From positions 5,766,001 through 5,830,000 of the forward strand of contig CM022673.1 in NCBI GenBank assembly GCA_012295275.1: a stretch of DNA of 64,000 nucleotides, written 5' to 3'. Shown here piece by piece: positions 36,479-59,367 of the stretch. Under the pieces are notes generated by a model that saw only the letters and a list, made by a program, of their open reading frames with translations, was not told the DNA's origin and searched no databases. Origin of the DNA: Chrysomallon squamiferum. Taxonomy: Eukaryota; Animalia; Mollusca. Position numbers and translations under genes: made by a program. Numbering within the stretch: the stretch's first letter is position 1; each line of letters starts with the position of its first letter.

Positions 36479-38944
36479 TTTTACATTTAAAAGTGTCATA
36501 TCGAATTTTTTTTTTTTTGTTGATTCGATTTTATCTTCATTTTCTTTTGCAAGAGAAAATAATTAAGACATTAAGCAATTTTCTTTTAGTACTCCAGCCT
36601 ACTGGAATTAATGCTACTGTTACTACAACAACAACAACTACTACTACTACCTAATAGCACTTACAATATTAGTATTATTATTAGAAGCAGTAACAGCATT
36701 TTCAGAATTAATGGTATTAAGTCATCAGTAACATAGAGCCACTTATAGCAGTGATAGTAGCAGCAGCAGTAACAATAGTGTTGGTTGTTGTAGACACAGT
36801 AGATGTTGCAGGATTAATAGAATTAGTCAACATCATCAATAGCAGGAATCCTTCTACTCTTTTATGATGAATGATGCAAACTAAAGCGTCGTCAGTTAGC
36901 GGAAGACACAGTCAGATGAGCAACCGAACTGCGGAGTCTAAACTCTCTGGCAGATTGTGTCTGAGATAGTATGAGGGATGGATATTTTATCGAGATTACG
37001 ATTTCCCCGAGCCATTTCGCTATCACAAAGCACATAAAATAAACTCGATGTAGACTGATATCGGAGGGAAATAATACGTGGCTACACGATGATGAAAAGA
37101 TGGGGAAATGAAAGGCGATGGGAGAGAAAGATAAGAAGAGCGAATAAATTGTCTGTTCTGTCATTTTTTGACAACTTCTCCTCGTGGACTGTTCTAGCAT
37201 TCATTTTGAATCGCGTTTCACGGTTTCAAAGCTGTTACTGAATGTAAGGTCGATTCATTACGATTGTATTATGTATATATTTATCTCTGCAAATAGACAA
37301 TATGGACAACTCACTGCTACTGTGTATATATGTACGTACGTATGAATGTATATATGTATGTATGTATGAATGAATATATGTATGTATATATATGTATGTA
37401 CGTATGAATGAATATATGTATGTATATATATATATATGTATGGGTATGTGTGTGTGTGTGTGTATGTATATGTGTATATGTGTATGAATGCATATATCTA
37501 TGTATGTGTTTATGTATGTATGTATGTATGTATATATGAATGTATATCTGTATGTCTGTATGTATTTGTATGTGTGTTATGTCTGTATACTGGTGTGTAT
37601 AATGATTCAGAGATTTTCCAAATGTTATAATGAACATTAAAAAAAAAAATCATTTATAACATTTTTATTTGTTTCAAAAATACACAAAGCGATATTTCCT
37701 TATATACACAATGATTCTTATTTTTGTAAATAGTACACATATGTAACTTATTTTTTTTTAGAACAATATCTCGTTTTTCATAATTCTTCGTTAAACAGCA
37801 TTTTGAACAAACCCAGAAACTACACAAATAACAAATAACGTTCTTTCTGCGGGTAAGAGAGAATAACAGATATTTTAGTAAGTTTTCCCTTTGATATTAT
37901 ATTTAAAACTTTTAAAGTTTCACAAAACACACCCAATCTGTGCAGAATTCGTAAGCTTAGATTCAGCGAAAGTAACCAAAACCAAAATGGGCAAATATTT
38001 AATTAGGAAAACAAAAATATCGCGTTCCATTCATAAATTCGTATTATATACCAGTCAAAATACGACATAGAAAGTTTGAATGTAATCATTTTAACATCCA
38101 ATTTCCCCTTTTCTATTTCTTTTAAGAGAGATTAGATTTTCTGGACACTCTTTATTTTTTGCACATGTTCGATAATTTCTGGTCACACATACTTAGTAAG
38201 ACGGTGCTAAACATATATTCGTATGGCTTAGAAACAGCAAGTTCTGACTATAAAACATAGCATAGATAACTGATCGTGAAGCTGTTAAATTATATAAATA
38301 AAGAACGTTATTTCAGTAAGTTTTTCATGTGTACAGTCCAAAGTGACTGACAAGAATTATGTCATTCTCATACTGATGAATCTCTGTATCAGAATGACAT
38401 AAAACTTCTCACATTTAAATGTACACATGAACAGCTTTGTAATCACTACACAATCCTGATTAATTTATTATTTTCATGAGGTTAAACCTTCTCGATTATC
38501 AGCCCTTCACTTATAAGAATTAGAGGAGAGAACACGATAATAGGACTTGTCAAAATGAAAGATGACTGTCATCTTTGAATCGCGGTTTTAGTGATCAACA
38601 GAAAATGGTCAGATAGCAATTACAAGAAACTAAAATAAAGGCAACAATTTATTTATTTATTTATTTTATTTTATTTTTGATTTAGCAATTAATATATCAA
38701 ATGTTTCTCTATGAAACTGTGTGCTTGAGGGCTGTAAAACGCGTTATTTTTCCTTCAGATTTTTGTTTATTTCATAAATATTAATTTCTTTAAGTTCTTC
38801 ATTTGGTTATTATTATATTTGAATAATATATTCGCGACATATTTTATACACCACATATAATACTTGAGCATTTGACTTAGAATTTTGAATTTCCTTACAG
38901 TTTCCATTTTATCTCACGAGTAAACGTTGTTTTCTGACTGTAAA

Positions 38945-46645
<7,701 letters not shown>

Positions 46646-46928
46646 TTTTTTCACAGTCTGAAAAGGCAAAAAGAGCAGAATGTTAAATATTTACTCATAA
46701 AATGAACTGATGTTGATCTAAAGAATGACGTAATTTAATCCTAAATGTCTGCTTCCGTGTAATTTTGAAAAATTATATAAAAAGAACAAGAATGCTGAAA
46801 CGGTTTACAATAATGAATTTTGACACTAAGCAAATCATTTATTAGTCCATACAGACGTTTCCAAAAAAAAATAAAAAAAATAAATACTAATAATTATTAT
46901 TTTTGATTTTTTGGTTTATTATTTTTTG

Positions 46929-47002
<74 letters not shown>

Positions 47003-48574
47003 TGTTTTTGTTTCCTTGTATTTCAATCATAATAAAACATAAAACCAAATACCATTTTCAAATGAAATAAAAATATAAAAAGAATGCTTTAAAAAGAAAA
47101 ACGACTGAAGAACATTTTTTAAAGATTCGATCTGTCAGTCGTAAAATCTTGTTTTACGACGTCTTCATGAAATTTCACATCTTTGACGGCTGACTGTATT
47201 ATTTAGTGTCAAAGTATGAAAATAGCAGCGAAAAAATATTATTATAATATAAACTGAATGTATCTGTTAAAATGTCTTCAACAAACTGCCCATCACTGCC
47301 GATAGTTTACATATAATTTGTTATATCAGAGCAATAAGATATCAGTGAAAAAATATTATTACAACTGAAGATGTTTCGTTGAAACAGAATATATCTATTA
47401 AAATTTTTCTTCAGCAAATTTTACTGGCAGCTGATTACAAAAAATTGTTATGTCAGAGCATAAATATGGAAAAGAAAAATTATTATTATAATTGAATAAG
47501 CCTTTTTTGAATCTGAGTGTAATGCTACATGTATTAATCGATTTTCGAGAAATCCACAGTATTATTAATCATGTCGCCTTACTGCGATATATTTTTATTC
47601 AAAAACATGAAAAAGAAGAGAATTATGACGGAATACACTTGCCTCAAACTGAATATATTACTACACATACTGGATTGTTTTACAGACATTTCAGAACAAT
47701 TGTTACTCACTGGCGCTTGAGTGAAAATTATTTCCTTCATCGAAATAGTTAAAATAATATTATGAAATAATGACTATACTAGCTGAATTCTTGTTATTTT
47801 AAACTACATTCTATCTTAAAGTAATTTCAAAACATTTATTAATCTTTCACCCCCCCGTGGACAAATAATTTCAGAAAGTACGTATTAAAATTCCAATATG
47901 ATTCTTCTAAACACTGAAATAGTCTTTCGAAAATTTATAAAATAGATGTCGACAGGAGATATATATGATATGTTATATGAGACGTAATATGTATATTGGT
48001 GGATGGTAGTGTAATAACCTATTGCTATTCGAGACGTAATAATGTAGCGCCTGAGTGATGACGTATTCTTCCGAGGGCAAGGAAGGTGCTTGGCTGTCTC
48101 AAACGACGACAGACTACTTAATCAAACGTCATGTCTTCATACGTAATCTGAAGAAGAGATCGGCTGTCGCATGTCAGTAGTCAGGGTTAAAGATTGATAC
48201 TTTCCCAGTGGAAACAGCGTACAGTGGCATTCTAACAAAGAAAACCATTGTTGTTGTTCACACAGAATTATTTTGTAATTATAATGTTAATATTATAAAT
48301 AGTACATAGACGGTGTTGTGTAATGTAACTATTGTGATGTTTCTTCATCTTCGTCTTCTTCTTGAATTATTTTTGGCTTTTAGAAAATTATTATTGTTGA
48401 AGACGCTGTTATTACAAGTTTTCAGCATTTAAAATACTTTTTACAATAATTTTAATATATGATTTGGATACTTTAATATTATGCTAATTGAAAAAAGAAA
48501 GAAAAAAGAAACATATAGAAACACATTGCTATGAAAGATACAAACAACAACCCTACAAACTAACAAACAAACGA

Positions 48575-48605
<31 letters not shown>

Positions 48606-51040
48606 GTTTACTGTCTAAAGTACGGTGATCACACATGGTCAACAGAAACTCGAAAATATTCTGTTTTCCTGTTAACCACTATTAACTATATATACACATA
48701 TATATATATATATATATCTACAACAGCAATCTCCTCCTACGTTGATACATCCCAGATAACAAAAAAGGAAGTGGCGCGTCTTTGTAAAGAAAACAGTTTA
48801 CGGAGTTAAAACCAGTCCTAAACAATCTGTTTCTTTTCAGTACTTCATCAGTATTCGCATCAGTCTCCCGTTCGCTTCATAATTGCTTTTATTTCTCACA
48901 CAGAACGCCTCTGGACTACTCTGGCTTATTTCTAGGCGTTTCGTCGTGTCGTTTTATTATTCTGATCTACAAAGAAAGAATGACGACATGATTCATTACG
49001 ACGAACAGTTATTCTTCTTTAATTTCGTGCGGCGAGAGTAACTGGCCTTTGTTTTTAAACTGGGTTAATTCCCTTGTCAGTTGATGAGTTCCGGTTTTTT
49101 TTCCTCGGCAAATCAGTGTAACGCGGATAATTATGGGTCTGCAAATGAAGCCGGTGGTGTAATAATCATGGAGACTCTTCTGTGGGAATGTCTTTATTTA
49201 TTTTGATTTATTTATTAAATACTTTAAGAGCACGTTTCTTCACATCTGGGAAGTGATTATTATCAAACTGCGTAGCTTCTTCGCGAATTGCGTCAGCTGA
49301 TTTGATTTTGTTACGTAACTACCGTTTTTATTGTTTTTGATGTACGTTGGCCTGATTTTTCAGGGCTTATAAAATGTAAATAAAAGTACTTTCGGAACAC
49401 TGTCATACAAAATAACAGGCTTAGATTCTTGTAACATCAGCATCACCATTTCCACCACCACCACCACCAGCAACACACACAAAAAAAGAAAAAAAAAGAA
49501 AAAGAAAAGAAAACAACTCTGGTATGGCTGCTTAGCAAACAATGATTCAAGACAAAGCCCCAGTTTTTCACCAGAATGTCATCCCTAAACCTTCTCTTTA
49601 CATCACACACACACACACACACCACGCACGCACGCACACATACACACACAAACACACACACACGTTACTTTAAAAAATATTATTAATATTATTATTATTA
49701 TTGCTGCGGTTGTTGTTTTGCTGTTACTATTAATACTATTATTATTGTTATTATTATTGTTGTTGTTGCTGTTGCTGTTGTTGTTGTTATTATTGCTAAA
49801 TCATTGATTATTTTAACATTCTCTTTTTATTATGATGTCGTGATAACAAGAGCTTATTTCATACAGAACCCAAATCGGATTTTTTTATTTTTTTATTTAT
49901 TTTTTTAAAATTATTAATATCCATATTTTAGGAATCGTGTACCTTTAAACATATACTTTTAAATTTTTTTTTTTTTTTAAATTTAATTTTAAATTATTTT
50001 AGTTCATTTAGCTCGATTTAGTTGAAAAATACGAGATTTTATTTTCGAAAAATAAATCAAAATAAATAATAATAAAACAGGAATGGTGGTATGATTATGA
50101 GACTGTCAGACGGGAAAAGAAGATGATAATATTAAAAGTAATATTTATGATGTGGATAAAAAAGAGAAAAAAATCCCTCTATCGGATTGTAAGTAAAGAC
50201 GATGACGATTCCATGGTGACACTAACAACAGAAAAAGAAGAAAAAATAACAGAAGAGGATATGAAGATACAGATTTTTAAAATATCTATTTCATTTGAAA
50301 AAAAAAGAGATTTATATATGTATATACATACATAGGGAGAGAGAGAGAGAGAGAGAGAGAGGATATATTTACATACATACAATACATACATACATACATA
50401 CATATACATATTTAAATATATCATGACAACCTGTAAGACGTATTTGTTTTCAGATTGTTTAGATTATTTTATCTTCTTACACAGAACACAATTAGAAGAA
50501 GTACCTGCTGGGAAAGAAAACATATAAAACGTTTTCTTTATAAATATCGTATTTTTTCTTCAAGAAAACGTATGAGAAAAATGGCCGTATGAAAGTGATG
50601 TTCCAAAATACCACTTTCCAGTACAGACATCGCCTTGATTCACGATCATTTTGGGATAAAAGCAAATATCGAGAACAAATGTTTAAAGATTGCAAATTCA
50701 TTACTACTCCAGGCCGGTTACGGAACTCGGCAAACAGTGGAGCAATCGAAAAGGTTTCTTCAGCAGTTCTCGGCCAGCTATCGACCACGAAAACAGATTC
50801 ATCCTGATATAAATGATTAATAATGACGACAGGTGTGTGACGAATAGAGATGATCTGAACTCGGTTTGCAAGAACGAGATGACGTCATAAACTGTAAATG
50901 ACCGTATGTACGATCATAGGTTTGTGCCAAAAGCAGATCTATAAATATCAAAATTTTGTCATTCAGCCGTTGTAAACCGATAAGCACTTAAAGAACTGTA
51001 ATATATATATACACAAACACACACACTCACAGACACACAG

Positions 51041-51078
<38 letters not shown>

Positions 51079-51349
51079 ACATACATACATACAATCTGTT
51101 AAGTCCTACATCATGATTTTTGTTCTTCTATGAAAACCGCCATTTTGATTATCATAATCTTTGGTCATACGATACCTGGTCTTTCTGCTTTTTATTTAAA
51201 AAAAGTTTGAGTTTTGTTTTAGCCAAATAATTCTTCTCAAAAATCCGATTTGTTGGAAATAAGATTAAGGAGAAATATTTTGTTAGAAAGATTGGAAAAA
51301 AAAAAATTGAAATTTTCAGCATTACAAATACGATCTGCAACGTAAAACT

Positions 51350-51392
<43 letters not shown>

Positions 51393-52122
51393 TGACACTA
51401 TATAATATGTAGCTGTTATAGTTTATCTGTATCTTTCATAACATTCAAGAACCTAAGACGAATAATAATTATCTAAATAATGGTTTTATATCAGTAATAA
51501 AAAGCAGCAGTATATATTTCAGAATCTGAAAATACCTATATATATATATTCAGATAAAAAAGTCAAACAAAATATGGCATTCCTCTGAAATCTGAAGTAT
51601 ACAAATTACAACACAAAGAACATTTCTATTCTGTTTTCTTTCATTTTTCTTTTTCCTTTCCTTACTTTTACTTTTTTTTTTTTTTTTTTTCTTTTTCTTA
51701 CTGCTCTTGAATCGATATACCTGTAATGTACATATCAATATTTTACAGCATTTTCTCGCAAATAATCACGCGCAATTTGCATTGTTAATAGAACTAAATA
51801 AAAAAAAAAAACGGTTTAGGTAGATATTAAATTATTTAGCTGTGTGTTGTTTATTATCGATAGGCAGTAAATCTCAAGTCAGAGGAAGTTGTATAGAAAG
51901 CTGAAATGAGACTATCTTGGCTTTAATTATAATCAACGATTATCTTCCAGGTCTAGCTGTCTCTTCTGTTTTCGTTTAAAGGTTTCATCTCCGCTGTTGA
52001 TAGTCGTTATATCTTTTTCTTTGGCTCTCGCTATTTTTCTCTTTTTTCGTTGTAGCTTTCAATGGGCTTTATTATTCTTTTATACATTTTTTTTTCACCA
52101 ACCTCTGACAATTTTTTTCATA

Positions 52123-52185
52123 TATATATATATATATATATATGTATGGATGTATGTATGTATATATGTATTTGCGCCTTCCCGT

Positions 52186-52240
<55 letters not shown>

Positions 52241-52241
52241 T

Positions 52242-52327
<86 letters not shown>

Positions 52328-52348
52328 AGAGAGAGAGAGAGAGAGAGA
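52123..52348. repeat. Compound (TA)n/(CA)n/(GA)n microsatellite
   Basis: Direct inspection. Confidence 0.9.
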
Positions 52349-54482
52349 TAATTTTTTATTCTCACGATTCCATCACAGAACGTTTTGCTTTATCGGTTCA
52401 CAGATCTATGTAACATCTCTGGCTCTGGCAGTGTCTGCGTGTATGGAATATTCAGTTTGATGCATCGATTCGATACAGCTCTTAATGATAACGTCATGTT
52501 CATCATTTACTGTATATGACACAGATACGCTGACAGGTTTTAAATTTCAGTAATGAACAGTCTTGAATAATCACGTGTATTGGTTGTACCATCCATAGCT
52601 TTGTACTGTCACTAGCATTATTACAACCGTAGATAATTAATACCGTTATCATAGCGTTATTTATTTATTTATTATTATTTTTATCGCCATAAATAGCATT
52701 ACTACCGTTACGACTACAATTATTGTTATAACCGCATCCTCGTCTGTTATTACCGCCACTGCTTTGCTGTGGGAACTGCATAAACATATGACTATTACAA
52801 GCATTTCCTTAACACAGTTATTACTACCATAACAGCCACCATTTTACAGAGACTTTTTGATATGCACGAGAGAGAATGAAGGGTACAGCGAAATATTCTA
52901 ATTGCTGTGGGATGCTTCCGTGGCAAACACTGTGGAAATTAAAGCATCACTGCCACCATTATAACATCCTCATCACCACCAACGTAATCGTGATGACGTG
53001 AACGCTGTATTTTGGGATGAAAATATATACATATTGTTCATCATCATCATCTTAATCATCATCTTCTTCTTCTTCCTATTATTAATGTTACTTTTCTTGC
53101 TGTTGTAGTTTTTCTTCATCATCATCGTCATCATCATCAACTTTTTTTTCTTCTTCCTCTTCTTCTTATTATTGTTATTGTTGCTGTTATTGTTATTGTT
53201 ATTGTTATTGTTGTTGTTATTATTATTATTATTATTATTATCATCATCATCATCAACAGCATCACCATCATCATCATCATCATCATCATTATATTTATCT
53301 TTACAATATTCGACAATCAGCTGCATCAACTTTTTTCTTTTTGGCTTTGCTAACAAGTTTTATCTTGTTCCTTTTTCCCTTTTTGTCTTTCCTTAAGTTA
53401 GAACTCAGAGTTAAACTGCTGTATGTCATATAATCAATCCTCATCAACACACCATTTACATACAAACCGTTCCAGCCAATACTTCTTCTTCTTCTTCTTC
53501 TTAAAAAATACTTTGTGTTAAGTTTCTTTTCTGTGGGAAGGTGAAAACAAAGGATCTCTTTTTGTTACTCGATAAAAGAACAGACCGTCAACGGGTTTCC
53601 TTTCTAATTATCCGTACTGTCCTTAATAATAGACATAAAGCTTTATATAAATATTAATTAGAAAATTTATTCAATGCGCCGATAAATGGAACAATTTTCT
53701 TTCCTTTAACTTGTGTAATAAGCCATACATATTTTTTAGATATATATTTTTGGTGTGTCTATTAGATATATATTTTTAGGCATACCTTTCTTTCATTTTT
53801 TTTTTCTTCTCGTCTTTGTGATTTTCTTCAGATAGCAGTATCTATTTTTCTATCGTGTTTAGCCTTCGTCAGTAAATCCTCTTTTCCTAATTACTAGAAC
53901 GTGAACTATTTTGGTTACCTGTTATTTAATAATGAACGGAATAATCCTTCGTCTATTTTTTTTTTTTTTTTTTTTTCTCTAGAATTAATACGATACATTT
54001 CGCAAACACTGGATCTCTCTGGTTTGTATAAAAAGTAATAGTAATTAGATCCATGTGGATCTGCCAATGATTAAATCATTGGAGGAAGTACAGAGTTGTA
54101 AATTTAATTAACTTCTCGAGAAAATCGTGTTTTGTAAACAAGACGAAAATCCACCAGTAAGTGAGGAGAAAAATAAACAAGGAGGAAGGTACTAAGAAAG
54201 AAAGAATATTAATAAAAATGATTGAAAATCGAAAGGTCTTTTCGATTTTATAGTAAATTATTATTATTATTATTATTATTATTACTAGTGTTCTGGTTGT
54301 TGTGGTTGTTGTTCTTGTTGATGCTGCTGCTGCTGCTGGGAATAGCGGTGTTGTTGTTATCGTCGATGTTACTAACTGATTAAAGAATATTATCTTCCAT
54401 ACGTCTGCGTTTTTCGCTTTAAGTTTTACTTTTTTTAAATTGTCAGTTTTCTTTAAAATTACTTTTAGAATGTTTTATATTA

Positions 54483-54517
<35 letters not shown>

Positions 54518-55253
54518 GGTTGTTGATGAACCTTAGACAAAAAGTAAAAGATAAAATAAAACCCTTTTTTCCTCTGATATTAATTATTATGTTTCTTAAG
54601 TATCATGTGTGTGTGTGTGTATATACAGGATCATTCAAAAGTCCCACTACACTTTTAAATTTTAATTAAATGAAAAACTTTACGGATTTGAACAAAATTA
54701 GTCTTGAACTTTCTACAGACTGCTACAACTTGTCCCATAATGTCCCTCTTCTTCTTTTAGTGAAAAAAGATCAACTGTCACTTACCTTTTCGGAACTTGT
54801 CGGAAGATGTCATACTAATCGGAAATCTCCGACTAATTCCGTTACAAGAATCTATCTTGAGTATTAATGTCCTATAATTCTACGTCAGTCGTCCTAAAGG
54901 TTAACGGGGCAATGTAACTATCGGTTTTGGAAATGAACGACCCGATATTTCTGCCGGGATTTCAGATGCTGACATAAGACCATATGCTATTTTATTTTTG
55001 GTTTCGCAAATCTCCGTTCACTTATAATGAATGTGCACACTTGGAATGAAAACAACATTTTAGCGCACTCAAATCAATGTTTTCTTGTCAGTATTCCAGT
55101 CAGATGTTATTCTCTCCCACACATTTACGTTTTTTTTTCTTCTTCTTCCCCATCTCTTGACTATGTAGGATCATTATTTTAACCTCAGAAAGTCGCGGTG
55201 GAATTCGTAATGACGTTTTCGGGTTTGTTCGTTTAATAAAGAAAAATGGAGAG

Positions 55254-55663
<410 letters not shown>

Positions 55664-56132
55664 ACACAGACACACATACAAAGAAGAAAAGAAGAAAAGG
55701 CAAAAGAAATCCAGTATTATTAATACCCATGATCAATTGCAGAAAGTCAACCACTAGTTTCCCCTTGGAGCAGTTATCTTGTTTGACTGAAATTATTTGT
55801 TAGCTGGAGGTAATTACTCTTTGACACTGGCACTAGGCATCACTCTTCTTGCTGTGAGGTTTGCTGTGCAGATCTGGATACAGCCATCAATTAGCTGCGC
55901 GCATGTGCTGTCCAGATTTCACAGCTCTCGCGTTAAGTGAGCTCCGTAAAGCAGAGGTTTAGTCACTTGATTTGTAATAGAAAAATCTTTTCGAATTTGC
56001 TTGAATATTTTAACGCGGAGATTATGGGGTAAAAAAAAAAAGAAATGAGTTTAATTTACATATTGAACTTTATTTTGTTTTATTTAATTTTAATTTATTT
56101 TATTTTATTTATTTATTTACTTTTTATTTTAT

Positions 56133-56174
<42 letters not shown>

Positions 56175-58550
56175 TTCATTAATGGAGTGTTTGCCAAAGA
56201 ACTGATGGATAACTGGATAAATCATTCGGCTATATCTCGTTCCACCCAGAGAACCCAGAAATCGTTTATGAAAATATCGTTACAGAATGATCCCTTGCTT
56301 CTGATGGACAGACACAGAAACGTGATTAAATTATAAACTTTATAAAAAATATGACGAATTTGAAGTCTTGTTCTGTTAACCAATCTGGTATAACTAATAA
56401 CATCTGGTAGAATAATTCATGATTTCTGGTTATACTATAACCTTTATTTTGTATTTTCTTCCTCCTCTTCTTCTTTTTCTTCTTCTTCTTCTTTCCTACT
56501 TTTCTAAACGAGAAACTCATACATTCTATATGACCCAAGCACGAAAACTGGTCTTTCTGAACTGAACTTTGGGTACAATTCCGGATGCTACTGAAAGTAG
56601 TATCATCTCTTCTTCGAAGCCATTTACAGGCATTCTCAAACAGTGACCGCAGCGAATTTCAGAAATGTAAGACTGACTAACAATAGGGATTAATTTCTTT
56701 AAACACTACACCAACGGCGTATTTAATAAACTGTTTGTTCTGATTAGGATATTAAACACTCCATAGTCGTGATTGATCCTTGAACCACATCTCCGAGAGA
56801 ACAATTCCAGACGAAAATGCACTGGTCTTAGACATTCTATTTAGCTTCGAGGCCATGACGTCATTTTGACGTTTTATTGCTTCTTCTGTTGTACTCCAAT
56901 AAACCTCATTTCGTCGTGTTTAATCGCGATCGTAAAACATGAACCTGAGCTGTTCCCGATCCTCAGAAACTCTCGACATCATGTTTCTCCCAAATTGGAC
57001 ACGTTAGAATCTATCGTCAGCAAACATATAAAAGTCTGTAAGGAAGGAAATTGCATTTAGCGTAGCAGACGACTTTACTAGTTTTCTGAAAGAAGTCAAA
57101 TAGAATAGACAAGAAGAAGAGACCCGGGGCTAGTCTAGATCATGTTTACCCAAAGGCATGCTGTGTATAGAGTGTGGTTTCGCTTGTAAAGATGGGAGAT
57201 ATTTGACTATGGAAGACAGAAAAATGATATGATTTAAAAAGGAGGTCTTCACTATTTAATATCGTCTTGTCGACTTATTAATAGATCCAAATATCATTAA
57301 AAGTTTGTAATCAAGAGTTCTTGCTAGCAGCAAATCCTGTTTTCTCGCCCAGTATGAAATTTTATTCTTATGAAATAGGTTCGGGTGCACCTCATTATTT
57401 TTCTTTTTTCTGTACGTATAAAATTTCTGCTCGCAGTATGACTGAACATTGGAAGTTTATGTTCTTCATTGCAAGTGTGGTTGTAGCATAAATACGTCTT
57501 CTGAATTTTAGTTGTTCTAACAGACTATTCTTTTGCTATTATGTAATTAAATGAATTATTTAATAATGGACTAGGTAAATCACTGTCCTTTTCTTCTGTA
57601 GGTTTCACAAACTAACAACATGGTAGCAGAGTACTCAAAACTAATTTAATCTCCCAGACAGATTGATGTGTGTGAATGTGTGTGTGTGTGTCTGTGAGTG
57701 AGTTAAGGAGGTTATGAAAAGAGAAAATGGCTACCTTTACATGAAAGATTTAAGTAAAAAAAACAAAATTATTTGATTATTTAGGTAATTTGTTTGGACA
57801 AGAATATATACTTCAAAATGTAAAGACGTACAAAAGAATGTTTATCTCTATCTATCCATCTGTCTCTGTACTTGTCCCCCCTCGCCCATCCCTTTTACAC
57901 ACACCCACCCACCCACCCACCCATACCCACACACACACACGCAACACACACACACACATACATATAATCTTCTCTATATACTCATTCTTCAATAATCGTC
58001 CTGATAGTCAGATGAATATTATTTCATTTTTTTCTTCTTCTATATTTTACCTCACAGACTTACAACTGTCGTAATAATATTACTGAACCCAGACGCCATA
58101 AAACCGCCAAGTGGCCATTTATGTTCATGTCGATCTATTTCTGGACTATTAAGTAATGGAATATATTGCCAAACATAAAACAAACACAAGTGTAAGGCAG
58201 CAGTTTAGAAAACAATAACGGCTGTGGTTCTGAATGGACACTAGTAGACGTTCTCATGATGCTGATAATAATACTGAACCTGATGATGGCAGATCACATG
58301 AATAAATAGATAACAGAGAGGAAGAGAGAGAAAATAATTAAATAAAATACCCTTTCATCCATGTACATGCAGATCCACCCGTCCATCCATTCATCATTAT
58401 ATAGATAATTAGATAAAAATATACATACAAATATTCATTCACGCATTCAAACATATGGTGTTATTTATTTATTTAATTATTTATTTATTTTTAATTGAGT
58501 TCTTTCAGAGTTATAAATCGGACGTTTCCGTAATTCTATTGACAAATACA

Positions 58551-58670
58551 AACATACATATATACATACATACATACATACATACATACATACATACATA
58601 CATACATACATACATACATACATACATACATACATACATACATACATACAAACATACATACATACGTACA
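58551..58670. repeat. (TACA)n microsatellite
   Basis: Direct inspection. Confidence 0.95.
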
Positions 58671-59293
58671 TATTTATATAGAAGTCCCTTTGACATGAAT
58701 GTAATTTACAGAAATAGTCGCTGCTGTCCAATTCAGTTTCATGTAAAATGTTATCTCGGACGCAACAAAATATCTCTTCAGACTCGGGGTAATACCTCTC
58801 AATGTTAATTTCTAAAAAGTCCATAACTGTCATATCGAATTGCGAAATGCCTGCAATTCAGTGCCAGAGCAACTCGAAGGCTTGCCCCGATTCGTCATCG
58901 GGTCAAATTTGCCATCGAGTGCAGTGCATTAGCGCATGATATTACTTCGTTACATTACGTAAAAAGAAAATGGCTTCTGTTAATTGAGAATTAGGAGATT
59001 CCCCAGATGATGATGTTTCGGTTACCTCGGCTTTTGCAGAAGTGTTACACAATCACTGGTGATAATGAACAAAGCCATGTGTCTGGATTCGAAAGCCGCC
59101 AGGATGCAAGGTGTTTTAAAATCTTAGTGCTCAGCACTGTTTTCTTTTAAAGGGATTCGGCCAAGATAGACCAGTGTCTGTTTAAATAATTTTATGTGAT
59201 CAGTTCTTTACAAAAATGGAAGAGAGATAAACACGAGTCATCTAAAGGGCATTAATTATAGAATTTAATATAGAACATTATCTGTTACAGCTA

Positions 59294-59294
<1 letters not shown>

Positions 59295-59364
<70 letters not shown>
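59295..59364 (+). repeat. 70-nt poly(A) tract
   Basis: Direct inspection. Confidence 0.9.

Positions 59365-59367
<3 letters not shown>

Noticed and set aside
48056-48151. Possible box C/D snoRNA (GTGATGA...CTGA)
   Set aside because: No terminal stem, no recognisable rRNA-complementary guide, and no sense-strand host gene identified.
52426-52446. miR-34-like 5' sequence TGGCAGTGTC
   Set aside because: The match is limited to ~10 nt and no hairpin partner was seen.
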